The notes under the pieces: generated by a model
Told to the model about the DNA's origin: nothing
Databases searched by the model: none
What the model saw: only the letters and a program-made list of their open reading frames with translations
From: an uncultured Bacilli bacterium
Lineage (GTDB): Bacteria; Bacillota_I; Bacilli_A; RF39; UBA660
DNA: 49,904 nt
Assembly (NCBI GenBank): GCA_947627915.1
Contig: CANQXT010000003.1
Span: 1 to 49,904 of the forward strand
Reading direction: 5' to 3'
Shown here: piece by piece, positions 20,298 through 30,430 of the stretch
How positions within the stretch are numbered: the stretch's first letter is position 1
How the letters are laid out: every line of letters begins with the position of its first letter
Position numbers and translations under genes: made by a program

Positions 20298-21095
20298 ATG
20301 AATGTAATGTATAAAAAAATATATTTAGAAATTACGAATAATTGTAATTTAAAATGTCCTTTTTGTATTCAAAATAAAAGAAAAAATGAATTTATAAGTC
20401 TTGATAATTTTAAAATAATATTATCTAAAATAAAAGATTATACTAAATATTTATATTTTCATGTTTTAGGAGAACCTTTATTACATCCTAATATTAATGA
20501 ACTTATTAATATAGCTAGTAAAGATTTTTATATTAATATAACTACTAATGGCTATTTAATTAATAAAATAAAAGATAATCAAAATATTAGACAAGTAAAT
20601 ATTTCACTTCATAGTTTTAATTCTAAATATAATTTAACTTTAGAAGAATATCTTAATAATATAATTAGTGTTATTAATAATTTACCTAATACTTATTTTA
20701 GTTTAAGATTTTGGGTGGATAATGAAAATAATTTAAAAATGAAAGAATATTTAGAAAATTATTTTCATAAAGAAATTAAGTTAGAAGAAAATTTTAAAAT
20801 AAATAATCATGTTTTTATAAGTATTGGTCATGAATTTATTTGGCCATCACTTACTAATAATTACTATAATGATAAAGGTAAATGTTATGCTTTAAAAGAT
20901 CATATTGGTATTTTGGTTGATGGTACCATTATACCTTGTTGTTTAGATACCGAAGGTATTATTAATTTAGGTAATATTTATAAAGATAATTTAGATGATA
21001 TTATAAATAGTAAGAGATATCAAACTATGTTAAAATGTTTTCAAGAAAATAAAAGATGTGAAGAATTATGTAAGAAGTGTAATTTTTTAGATTAA
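20298..21095 (+). CDS. Radical SAM / SPASM-domain protein
   Basis: EITNNCNLKCPFC, GEPLLHP, ITTNG, DGTIIPCC and CKKC. Confidence 0.92.
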   Translation: MNVMYKKIYLEITNNCNLKCPFCIQNKRKNEFISLDNFKIILSKIKDYTKYLYFHVLGEPLLHPNINELINIASKDFYINITTNGYLINKIKDNQNIRQVNISLHSFNSKYNLTLEEYLNNIISVINNLPNTYFSLRFWVDNENNLKMKEYLENYFHKEIKLEENFKINNHVFISIGHEFIWPSLTNNYYNDKGKCYALKDHIGILVDGTIIPCCLDTEGIINLGNIYKDNLDDIINSKRYQTMLKCFQENKRCEELCKKCNFLD

Positions 21096-21193
21096 AGATT
21101 AAAAAGATACTTTAGAATTATATAGATAAAATATGATAAAATGGATACTCATAGTTTAAGAAAATAAAAAAATTACTAATTTATAAAGCACTA

Positions 21194-21222
21194 TTGACAA
21201 GTGTTGATAATACGCATATAAT
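21194..21222 (+). promoter_or_regulatory. Sigma-A promoter with an embedded NrtR-type operator
   Basis: TTGACA-17-TATAAT. The spacer region carries AAGTGT-tgataat-ACGCAT (GT-N7-AC). Confidence 0.7.
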
Positions 21223-21246
21223 TATATTTGTAATGGAGGGTTATAT

Positions 21247-23388
21247 ATGAAAAAAAATAATATAAATGAATATTTACTTGATATACTAAAATATAATGAT
21301 TTAATTTCTGTTGATGATTTAAAAAGAGTATTAAATTATAGTAGTAAAGTAATAGATGAATTAAACAAATTACCTAATAGAGGAGAACTAGTATATGCTG
21401 TTATAAATTCATTAAAGTATTTTAGTGATGAACAAGACTTACTCGATGTTATTGATATTTGGAATAGAGTTGTTGTTACATTCAATTATGGTATCTTTTG
21501 TGAAAGAGACGGTTTAGATTGTTTAATAAAAATTTTTGATAATAAAATGTTAAGAGATAAAAATCTAACTATTAAATATGCAAATATATTTATTGATAAT
21601 GTTGCAAATTTTGATGCTAAACAATTATATAGTTATTTAACTAATGAGAAATTAATTAATAATAATTTAATAGATATGATTATTAATAATTTATCTAAAT
21701 TTCGTTTTTCCAATTTAGATATAGATTCAATAATCAATATAATAAAAGATAAATGTAATAATGATAGTATGAAAAATATTGAAGTTCTTAATGAAGATAC
21801 TTATGAATTTATAAAAGATAATACATTTGGCGATAATACTTTCTTAGTTTGTGAATTTATTGAAAAAATGCCTTTTAATAACATTGATAAAAAACATTTT
21901 CTTGATATTTTTAAAAACAATATAGAAAAAATAAATAATATTTTTAATACAAATAAAGAATTAATTAATAAATTGTGGATGAATGACGCTGATGAATTTG
22001 GCCAATTTTTAGTAGTAACATTTGATAATAAATTTAGTGATGAAGAATTAAAAGAAAGTTTAAATATCATTAATTTAGTTTATAATAACAATAAAAAAGC
22101 ATATACAGCTGTTTTAAATTTATTAGAATCTAAAAAGATAAAATATGCTAGAATACTTGCCAATATTCAAACTAGTATTTCGAGAGCTTATAATATTATT
22201 ACTAATGATTTAATTAATGAAAAAAATATTGTTGATGAAAGTTTAGATATATTTATTCAAGGTAAAGAATTATATGGTGTATATGAAGTATTAACTAATT
22301 CAAACCTTATTAACATGGGTCTTTCTTTAGAATATGCTAAAGAAATAATGAATTCTCCAGTAAGATTTGATTTTTATGAATTAGAAGTTTTTAAAAATCC
22401 ATTTTTAATTAATCTTAACCTAAATAGAAGATGCCTTAACTTAATAAGAAATATTAATGAAAAGATTAAGGAACTCTTAATTGATGATAAGCCATTAAAA
22501 AAATTAGATAAAAATGATTTATTATTTGATTTTATTGAATTACTTGAAAATTATTCACAATATTATAAGTTAATTAACGATGAATTAAATAAATATTATT
22601 ATAATAGAATTACTAACAATGATTTTAAAATATTTATGACTATAATTAAGTTATTTGGCAATAAAACTAATGAAGATGCATTAGCAAAGGGTATAGAGAT
22701 ACTTGAAAATGAAAATTTTAAAAAGCAAGGATTAAATAAAAAATATGCTTATTTATTTCTTTATGAAAAAGATAATAATAAGCAAGAAATGTATTGCAAG
22801 ATAATGACTGATAATAAATATCTACCACATCAAAAAGAACTATTAAATATTATGCAAGAATCTAAAGATAAATTTTTAAATAATTATTTAATAAAACAAG
22901 TTAATGATGAAAAAGCAATAAATACTAATTATGATTTTGTTTTAAATACTTGTAAAATATTTATCTATTGTGATAAGAAAATGAAACTCGAAATTAAAAA
23001 TTCTAAAGAAGATAATAAAGACATTGTTAGAGAAAAATCTCTTCTTAAGAGAAATGCCACTATTATTTTAATTGATCGTATAGCAAAATCTAATTATTTT
23101 AAAATACAAGATCAAGAATCTATAATGGTTAGAAATTACTTAATTAATAAATTAATTGATAAAGAAGATAATGATAATATTCTAAACGATTATAAAGAAT
23201 TAATTATTAAAGTTTTAAGTGAAGCAATAGAAGAATATTGTTATGAAAAAATGGAAGATATTCTTATAAGTTTGATAGATGAAAAATTTGGTATAAAAAT
23301 ACTTAATACAAATTATAATCAAGAATTAAAAGATAATTTAATATTAGAATATTTAAATACAAATAAAAAGACATTAAAGAAAAATTAA
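21247..23388 (+). CDS. Large hypothetical helical-repeat protein (paralogue of 24488-26344)
   Basis: 713 aa, RBS GGAGG, no TM segment, recurring L.N..L....L...YA motif. Confidence 0.8.
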   Translation: MKKNNINEYLLDILKYNDLISVDDLKRVLNYSSKVIDELNKLPNRGELVYAVINSLKYFSDEQDLLDVIDIWNRVVVTFNYGIFCERDGLDCLIKIFDNKMLRDKNLTIKYANIFIDNVANFDAKQLYSYLTNEKLINNNLIDMIINNLSKFRFSNLDIDSIINIIKDKCNNDSMKNIEVLNEDTYEFIKDNTFGDNTFLVCEFIEKMPFNNIDKKHFLDIFKNNIEKINNIFNTNKELINKLWMNDADEFGQFLVVTFDNKFSDEELKESLNIINLVYNNNKKAYTAVLNLLESKKIKYARILANIQTSISRAYNIITNDLINEKNIVDESLDIFIQGKELYGVYEVLTNSNLINMGLSLEYAKEIMNSPVRFDFYELEVFKNPFLINLNLNRRCLNLIRNINEKIKELLIDDKPLKKLDKNDLLFDFIELLENYSQYYKLINDELNKYYYNRITNNDFKIFMTIIKLFGNKTNEDALAKGIEILENENFKKQGLNKKYAYLFLYEKDNNKQEMYCKIMTDNKYLPHQKELLNIMQESKDKFLNNYLIKQVNDEKAINTNYDFVLNTCKIFIYCDKKMKLEIKNSKEDNKDIVREKSLLKRNATIILIDRIAKSNYFKIQDQESIMVRNYLINKLIDKEDNDNILNDYKELIIKVLSEAIEEYCYEKMEDILISLIDEKFGIKILNTNYNQELKDNLILEYLNTNKKTLKKN

Positions 23389-23390
23389 TA

Positions 23391-23427
23391 AAAAAGCGCT
23401 AGTTCTTAAAATTATTAGCGTTTTTTT
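23391..23427. terminator. Terminator between convergent genes
   Basis: AAAAAGCGCTA ... TAGCGTTTTTT inverted repeat with flanking A/T runs. Confidence 0.6.
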
Positions 23428-23472
23428 ATATATTCCCAAATAAAAAGTCCAAATAAGGACTTAAGTTTTAAA

Positions 23473-24297
23473 TTATTTTTTTAGTTTTCTTTGATAATCT
23501 TCAAATGATGGTAAAGATAAATCTTTTTCGCTATCTGGTATAACTATTCCATAATGATATAATAAATCATAATTTATCCAATCTTCTACTTCATCTAAAT
23601 GCTTCCCACAATATTCACATGTATAATATTTGAAACCATATTCACGATAAATAGGCAAAGCATTATAACTACTATAATATATTTTAGCATTCGTTAAATC
23701 AACATCATGACCAAATATTTTACATATTTTAGTTTTTAAATATTCAAGATAAGAAATATATTCTTCTAATGCATTGATTTGTTCTTGAATTTCTTGATGT
23801 TCAGGTTTAAGATCATAAGGTATCATAATCATATAATTATCAGTTTTAGGTTTATTACCATAATATGTATCATAATGACTTGCAACTTTTCCACAAATTA
23901 GGCATTTAGTTATAAATTCATAAAAACCTTCATCTCCATAAATTGAATGTTGACCTGTATAATGTTTAAATTTATAATCAATGAAAGCGACAAGATGTCC
24001 ATGTTCTTTACAATAGTTTTTAGCAAGAGTTTGATATTTATTATTTAATTTTTTTATCTTATTTTGACTAATAACAATTTGTCTATCTATTTCTTCCTTT
24101 TTCTTATCTCTTATTTCTTTCATTGTGTTAACTATTTCTTCGTATTTATTATTTTCTTGCTGTAATGATTCTTCTTTTTCTTCCTTTATCTTTTCTATAT
24201 ATTCTTTAGTTTTTTCTTTTAACTCTACGATATCTTGTATTTGTGTTTCAAATTCTTTTTTAAGTTCTTTATTAAATATATTTATATTTTTTTTCAT
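23473..24297 (-). CDS. Hypothetical coiled-coil protein with two CxxxGH...CxxCG zinc-finger-like units
   Basis: E/K-rich heptads; YCKEHGH...CLICGK and ICKIFGH...CEYCGK. Confidence 0.75.
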   Translation of the reverse strand: MKKNINIFNKELKKEFETQIQDIVELKEKTKEYIEKIKEEKEESLQQENNKYEEIVNTMKEIRDKKKEEIDRQIVISQNKIKKLNNKYQTLAKNYCKEHGHLVAFIDYKFKHYTGQHSIYGDEGFYEFITKCLICGKVASHYDTYYGNKPKTDNYMIMIPYDLKPEHQEIQEQINALEEYISYLEYLKTKICKIFGHDVDLTNAKIYYSSYNALPIYREYGFKYYTCEYCGKHLDEVEDWINYDLLYHYGIVIPDSEKDLSLPSFEDYQRKLKK

Positions 24298-24487
24298 AAA
24301 CCCTCTCCATAGGTTTATTCTAACATATAAATTTGCAAAAAACTATAATAACACTTAAGAAAAGAACTTGTTAAATTTCTAAATTAATGTATAATATTTA
24401 TTACAAAGAAATGGAATCAGAGATAATATTATAAAAATACTTAATATATTAATTTAATTTTAAAGTAAAAAAAGGAGAAAAGAAAAA

Positions 24488-26344
24488 ATGAAACAAGATG
24501 AAGCAAAAGAATTATTAAAAAAATTACAAGAAGATAAATATGTAGATAGTAAAACATTAAAAAAGATTTTAACATTTAGCGATAAAGTATTAGAAAAATT
24601 AAATAAAATAAATGATGCTTATTTAAGCGATGTATGCCATGTATTAACTCTTTATAATAATGAGAAAGAAAGATTAGAAATAATTAAGTTATTTAATGTT
24701 TCTCCTGAAGAAAAACTATTATCTGATATTTTTTCTGGAGAATTATTTGATATTTATCTTGATACAAAGGAAAGCGACTTTTTACTAGCTATTTTAAAAA
24801 ATCCAATGTTAAGGGACAATGAATTAGCTATTAAACATGCTAAAATATTTGCAGAAAATAATAATAAAAGTAATAGAAATATATTATATAAATTTTTAAC
24901 AGATGAATTTTTTATAAAAAATAATTTAGTTTCAAAGTTTATTGATAAAATTAATAAATTATATAATGAATACTATTTAGATATTGATTATATTTTAAAT
25001 ATTATAAAAGAAAAATATAATGATAAGTATATTGATACATATATTAAATTATTAAATGAACCAAATGTATTTGTAGCAAAATACGCTTATTATTTTATAA
25101 TGAACAATACTTTTGGTAATCCTAAAGATAATATTTTAATGGCAAAAATACTGCCAATTTTTGATGATGTTTTATATAGAAATGAGTTTGCTCAACTAAT
25201 TATTAATAATAAAGATTTATTTGTTGATGTCATAAGAAAAAATAAAAATATTCTTCAACATACATTTCCACCTCAAAGAGAATTTATTTATAGATTCTTT
25301 AAAATGGCTAGTAAAAATAAATTTACCAAAGAAGATATAAATAAAGGAATTGAGTTAATTATTAAATATTATATTGATGAACTTTATGAAGAACAAAAAT
25401 TAATGAATATACTTAAAAATAAAAAATTTAAAGAAATGGATGAACTTCTTAATTTAGAAGTTAGTCCAAATGATATTCTTACTATAGCTAACTTAAATAG
25501 TAAGATATATGACAAAATAATAATTATTATTAAAAATTATCCTGATTATATTAATGTAACATTAAAGTGTGTTCAAGAATTATTTAAAAATTATGATTTA
25601 AAAGAAGATGCTAATTTAGAATATGTAATTAATATTATATTAAAGTATGTTAAAGAAAGAGATGTTCAAGATTTTTATAATGTCATAGATATAATAGAAA
25701 ATAGTTATTTAAGAAGAGATAATTTAAATATTGAATATGCTGAACTTTATATAAATGAAAATAATAAATTAAAGAGAGATTTATATCAAAATATTATGAC
25801 AATACCAAAATATATTGAATATAGAGAAGAATTAATAAACATGTTAATACCAGTAAATAATGAAACTTTACTACAAATATTACAAAAATACATGGAAATA
25901 ATAGATGATGAAAAAGAATTATTTAATTTATTTAAAATATTAATTGGATATAATAAAGTTGAAGAATTAAGTTATGAAAAAGAGAATCAGAGTGTTGTCA
26001 CATTAGCTGACTCAATTATAGAAGAATACAATAAATATGAATTAGATAAAAATGCTCAAGATATAAATAATTATTTATTGAATGGTTTAATGGGATTAAA
26101 AAATAAACAATTTTTAAAAGATAATTATGATGTAATATATAAATGGTTGTATGAAGTTGTAGTAACAGGAGAATATGGTAATATTTATGAAGTTAAAAAA
26201 GTAATTCAAGATAAATTTAATATAACTATTGAAACGGAAAAAGAAGCTCATGAAAATAAGATAGAATTAGTTAATGAATTAATTAATTCTATGGAAAATA
26301 AAGAAGAAGTAAATATAAGAAAATTAGTTAAAAAGAGTAAATAA
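24488..26344 (+). CDS. Large hypothetical helical-repeat protein (paralogue of 21247-23388)
   Basis: Blocks shared with the 713-aa protein: NPMLRDNELAIKHAKIF vs NKMLRDKNLTIKYANIF, and FIMNNTFG vs FIKDNTFG. Confidence 0.8.
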   Translation: MKQDEAKELLKKLQEDKYVDSKTLKKILTFSDKVLEKLNKINDAYLSDVCHVLTLYNNEKERLEIIKLFNVSPEEKLLSDIFSGELFDIYLDTKESDFLLAILKNPMLRDNELAIKHAKIFAENNNKSNRNILYKFLTDEFFIKNNLVSKFIDKINKLYNEYYLDIDYILNIIKEKYNDKYIDTYIKLLNEPNVFVAKYAYYFIMNNTFGNPKDNILMAKILPIFDDVLYRNEFAQLIINNKDLFVDVIRKNKNILQHTFPPQREFIYRFFKMASKNKFTKEDINKGIELIIKYYIDELYEEQKLMNILKNKKFKEMDELLNLEVSPNDILTIANLNSKIYDKIIIIIKNYPDYINVTLKCVQELFKNYDLKEDANLEYVINIILKYVKERDVQDFYNVIDIIENSYLRRDNLNIEYAELYINENNKLKRDLYQNIMTIPKYIEYREELINMLIPVNNETLLQILQKYMEIIDDEKELFNLFKILIGYNKVEELSYEKENQSVVTLADSIIEEYNKYELDKNAQDINNYLLNGLMGLKNKQFLKDNYDVIYKWLYEVVVTGEYGNIYEVKKVIQDKFNITIETEKEAHENKIELVNELINSMENKEEVNIRKLVKKSK

Positions 26345-26392
26345 TCTAGATTTTATAAGAATAATTAATTATAATTATTTTAGAGGTGGATT

Positions 26393-26746
26393 ATGATATT
26401 AAAAAAATGTAATGATTGTGGAGCATTAGTAAAAGTAATTGAAGATAGTGAATGTATTAAATGTTGTGGTAGCAAAATGGAAGTGGTTAAAGCTAATTCA
26501 GTGGATGCAGCATTTGAAAAACATGTTCCAACATATGAAATAGTTGGTGATAAACTAGTGGTTACAGTAAATCATGTAATGGATAGTGATCATTATATTG
26601 AATGGATTTGTTTTGAAAGTGATAATAAAGAAGAAACTATTTATTTAAAACCAGGAATGGATACAAAAGTAGAATTTACTTACGCTAAAGGTAAATTATA
26701 TGCTTATTGTAATAAACATGGTTTATGGGAAAATGAAGTAAAATAA
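26393..26746 (+). CDS. dfx: Desulfoferrodoxin / superoxide reductase
   Basis: CxxCG..CCG N-terminal domain, EKHVP, HVMDSDHYIEWI and YCNKHGLW. Confidence 0.93.
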   Translation: MILKKCNDCGALVKVIEDSECIKCCGSKMEVVKANSVDAAFEKHVPTYEIVGDKLVVTVNHVMDSDHYIEWICFESDNKEETIYLKPGMDTKVEFTYAKGKLYAYCNKHGLWENEVK

Positions 26747-26793
26747 TTGCTAAATAAAAAAATAATGGTTATAATTTTATTAGGAGGATTTAT

Positions 26794-27204
26794 ATGTACG
26801 ATTTTGGTTATTTTGATCCTGAACCTGTGGTTAATTCAGGAATTAGTGGTACTACTATATGGGTTATTGTTTCTATTGTAGTAGCTATAATTGGGGGAAT
26901 GGTTTTATATTTTGTTTATATTAAACCAGATGTTAAATGTGAAAATAAATATTTAAAGTGGTTTAAAAATTTCTTTAATTTTAAAAATATGTTAATTGAA
27001 GATTTATTAAAAGTTCTTTATATAGTACTTGCAATATATATAACATTTACATCTTTTGCTTTAATACCTACTAATTTTGTTAGTTTCTTATTTACCTTAG
27101 TAATAGGTAATATAGCATTAAGATTAGTATTTGAAAGTATGTTAGTCTTAATTATGATTTGGAAGAATACTGATGAATTAACGAAAAAAAATTCTAAAAA
27201 GTAA
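26794..27204 (+). CDS. Hypothetical membrane protein
   Basis: Three hydrophobic helices, FFNFKNMLIE and RLVFE, RBS GGAGG. Confidence 0.75.
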   Translation: MYDFGYFDPEPVVNSGISGTTIWVIVSIVVAIIGGMVLYFVYIKPDVKCENKYLKWFKNFFNFKNMLIEDLLKVLYIVLAIYITFTSFALIPTNFVSFLFTLVIGNIALRLVFESMLVLIMIWKNTDELTKKNSKK

Positions 27205-27271
27205 CCGAAAGGTTATTTTTTAAATTGAATAATAAAATAATAAATTGTATAATTTATATGGAGGATGTGTT

Positions 27272-27928
27272 ATGAAAAAAGATAGTATGTCATTTATTAT
27301 TAGTATTTTATTTATTATATTTGGGATTATAATATTTTTTAAACCAGGGGCTGTAATAGATTTTGCTTCATATTTATTGGGAGGAATATTTGTTTTAGTA
27401 GGATTATATAAATGTTTAAATTACTATATAAAAGATAAAAACTTAAAAGTAGTTAATCATTATGAACTTGCTTTTGGAATTACAGCAATTATATTAGGGG
27501 TATTATTTGTTTTACTAGCTGATACATTATTAATTCTTTTCAAAATATTTGTAGGAGCATGGTTAATTATTCGGGGACTTGGTTATGTTATGCAAACATT
27601 TTTTACAACTAATAGAGATAAGAAATTTATAATTTTAATTGTTACTGGTTTAATAATAATTGGCTTAGGTTTATTTGTAATATTAAGAATGGACTTTAAA
27701 GAAGATTTTAAATTTATTGGTTTATTTATGGTATTATATGGATTAATAGATTTTATAAGTTATTTTGTTTATAAAGATAATGATGTTATAGATGATACAC
27801 CAGAATTAATAAATAAAGTGGATGCTATAGACATGCAAGAAAAAACAGAAAATTCTGATGTGTATGAAGTCGAATTAGAAGAACCAACTAAAAAGAAGAA
27901 AAAAGCAAAGAAAGGAAGTAAAAAGTAA
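27272..27928 (+). CDS. HdeD/DUF308-like membrane protein
   Basis: Start moved to the ATG at 27272, downstream of GGAGG. About 6 TM segments, then an acidic and a Lys-rich tail. Confidence 0.7.
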   Translation: MKKDSMSFIISILFIIFGIIIFFKPGAVIDFASYLLGGIFVLVGLYKCLNYYIKDKNLKVVNHYELAFGITAIILGVLFVLLADTLLILFKIFVGAWLIIRGLGYVMQTFFTTNRDKKFIILIVTGLIIIGLGLFVILRMDFKEDFKFIGLFMVLYGLIDFISYFVYKDNDVIDDTPELINKVDAIDMQEKTENSDVYEVELEEPTKKKKKAKKGSKK

Positions 27929-27953
27929 TATTTTACTTTTTTAATACTTTATT

Positions 27954-28757
27954 ATGTTAAAAAAAATATTAATTAAAGAAATATATTTACCAATTTTATA
28001 TATTATTTTAGCTTTTATTATTTATTTTATATTAAGTAAAATTGTTGATAAAGCTTTAGTTATTAACAAATTAAATAAAAATAAAAGTGATATAAAATTA
28101 AAAAGAGAGAAAACAATTGTTAATTTAATTAAAAATATAATTAAATATGTTATTGCGGTTATTACGATACTTGCTATTCTAAATGTTTATGGAATTGAGA
28201 CAAAAAGTATTATTGCTTCCTTAGGTATAGCAGGAGCAATTATAGGTCTTGCTTTTCAAGATATTATTAAAAACTTATTATCAGGTATTACTATTATTTT
28301 TGATGATCATTATGTTCAAGGTGATATAGTTACTATTAATGGTTTTAAAGGAGAAGTTATTGAACTTGGATTACAAACAACAAAGTTAAAATCTTATGAA
28401 GGAGAAGTATTAATAATAAGTAATCATTTAATAACAAGTGTTATTAATCATAGTATGTGTAATACAAATATTTATTTAGATTTAAAAATTAATAAAGAAA
28501 TAAGTATTAATGAAATTGAGAATATATTAAATAAGGTTAGTGAGAAATTAGTTAAGAGAAAAGATGTTAAGAAAGATATATCTTTACTGGGAGTAGAATT
28601 AATTAATACTAATAATTATATTTATAAAATATTAATTGAATGTGATGCAGAACATCAATATGAAGTTAAAAGAGAATTTATGACACTTTTAAAAGCAGAA
28701 TATGATAAAATAGGTATAGATGTACCTAGTGATATAATAGAGATAAAGGAGAAATGA
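27954..28757 (+). CDS. Small-conductance mechanosensitive channel (MscS family)
   Basis: ASLGIAGAIIGLAFQDIIKNLLSG, GDIVTING..GEVIELGLQTTKL. Confidence 0.92.
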   Translation: MLKKILIKEIYLPILYIILAFIIYFILSKIVDKALVINKLNKNKSDIKLKREKTIVNLIKNIIKYVIAVITILAILNVYGIETKSIIASLGIAGAIIGLAFQDIIKNLLSGITIIFDDHYVQGDIVTINGFKGEVIELGLQTTKLKSYEGEVLIISNHLITSVINHSMCNTNIYLDLKINKEISINEIENILNKVSEKLVKRKDVKKDISLLGVELINTNNYIYKILIECDAEHQYEVKREFMTLLKAEYDKIGIDVPSDIIEIKEK

Positions 28758-29638
28758 AAATGGAAAAAGCAAAAGTATATTTTACAAAAAGAATTACAAA
28801 GGAAGCTTTAGTAGATATTTATAAAGCTTTAAATTATGAATTAAAAGGTAATGTGGCAGTGAAAGTACATTCTGGAGAAAAAGGAAACCAAAATTATTTA
28901 CGTCCAGAATTTATGGAAGATATTATATCTTATGTTAATGGCACAGTAGTAGAGTGTAATACAGCATATGATGGTGCTAGAGATAAAACAGATAAACATT
29001 TAGAATTATTAAGAGAACATGAATGGAGTAAATATTATAAAGTAGATATTATGGATAGTGAAGAAGATATTACTTTAGATATTCCTAATGGTAAAGTTAT
29101 TAAGAAAAACTATGTTGGTAAAAATTTACTTAACTATGATTCAATGTTAGTCTTATCACATTTTAAAGGACATCCAATGGGAGGCTTTGGTGGAGCATTA
29201 AAACAACTTTCTATTGGTATTGCCTCTAGTCACGGTAAAAGATATATTCATTGTGCTGGTAAGGAAGATGGTTCTTATGAAGATATGTTTAAAACAAAAC
29301 AAGATTTATTCTTAGAAAGCATGGCAGATGCTGCTAGTTCAGTAACTAATCATTTTAAGGGTAATATTGTTTATATCAATGTTATGTGTAATATGTCTGT
29401 AGATTGTGATTGTTGTGCTGTAGCAGAAGATCCTTGTATGCAAGATATTGGTATTCTTGCTAGTTTAGATCCGGTTGCTATTGATAAAGCTTGTATTGAT
29501 TTAGTTAAAAATTCTAATGATCCAGGCAAAGAACATTTATTAGAAAGAATTAATTCTAAAAATGGTGAACATACAATATATGCAGCAGAAGAACTAGGTG
29601 TAGGTACAACTAATTATGAATTAATAAATATAGATTAA
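28754..29638 (+). CDS. DUF362-family Fe-S protein
   Basis: VAVKVHSGE, LSHFKGHPMGGFGGALKQ, DCDCC and ASLDPVAIDKAC. Confidence 0.9.
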   Translation: MKMEKAKVYFTKRITKEALVDIYKALNYELKGNVAVKVHSGEKGNQNYLRPEFMEDIISYVNGTVVECNTAYDGARDKTDKHLELLREHEWSKYYKVDIMDSEEDITLDIPNGKVIKKNYVGKNLLNYDSMLVLSHFKGHPMGGFGGALKQLSIGIASSHGKRYIHCAGKEDGSYEDMFKTKQDLFLESMADAASSVTNHFKGNIVYINVMCNMSVDCDCCAVAEDPCMQDIGILASLDPVAIDKACIDLVKNSNDPGKEHLLERINSKNGEHTIYAAEELGVGTTNYELINID

Positions 29639-29645
29639 GGTTCTT

Positions 29646-30290
29646 ATGAAGAAGTTAAAATATATTATATTATTAATTTTACCCATACTATTATTAACTG
29701 GTTGTAGTAAAGATTTAACAACGGGAGATATTGAAGGTTATCATTTTGAAGAAGTTGATGAAGTAACTAATTATGTTAAAATAGTTACTAATAAAGATAA
29801 AGTTATACTCTTAGAATTATATCCGGATATTGCCCCTATTACTGTAGCTAATTTTCAAAAATTAGTAAGTGAAAAATTTTATGATGGTTTAATCTTCCAT
29901 CGTGTTATTGAAGATTTTATGATTCAAGGTGGCGATCCTTTAGGTACAGGTTATGGTGGTAGCGATGATACTATTAAAGGAGAATTTAGTAGTAATGGGG
30001 TAGAAAATAATTTAAAACATGAAGAAGGCATAATTTCCATGGCGAGAAGTGATGACAATAATCCTGATACTACTGATGATTTAAATAGTGCGAGTAGTCA
30101 ATTCTTTATCTGTGTAAATTCTAATGATAATATTGGTTATCTTGATGGCAATTATGCTGCCTTTGGTAAAGTTATTGCTGGTTATGATAATGTCTTAGAA
30201 ATATCTAAAGTAAATACTGATCAATATGATAAACCAGTTGTTAAACAAATTATGGAAACTGTTAGATTTGTTAAAATAGAAGAAAAATAA
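29646..30290 (+). CDS. Cyclophilin-type peptidyl-prolyl isomerase lipoprotein
   Basis: Lipobox LLTGC; APITVANF, FHRVIEDFMIQGGDP, SMAR, SQFFI and YAAFGKV. Confidence 0.95.
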   Translation: MKKLKYIILLILPILLLTGCSKDLTTGDIEGYHFEEVDEVTNYVKIVTNKDKVILLELYPDIAPITVANFQKLVSEKFYDGLIFHRVIEDFMIQGGDPLGTGYGGSDDTIKGEFSSNGVENNLKHEEGIISMARSDDNNPDTTDDLNSASSQFFICVNSNDNIGYLDGNYAAFGKVIAGYDNVLEISKVNTDQYDKPVVKQIMETVRFVKIEEK

Positions 30291-30320
30291 AATACTTAGA
30301 AAAATCTAGGTATTTTTTTT
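30289..30320 (+). terminator. Intrinsic terminator
   Basis: AAAATACTTAGA-aaaa-TCTAGGTATTTT followed by a T run. Confidence 0.7.
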
Positions 30321-30430
30321 CTTTAGTATAAAATGTTAACTATTTAGCATAATATATAATGTGTAAAAAAATTACATTTATATTGCAATAAAAATACAAA
30401 AGAGGTATAATTTAAATGGAAGTGAATCTT

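Noticed and set aside
24125-24358. 77-aa plus-strand Ser/Phe-rich ORF
   Set aside because: Antisense shadow of the E/K-rich coiled coil in 23473-24297.
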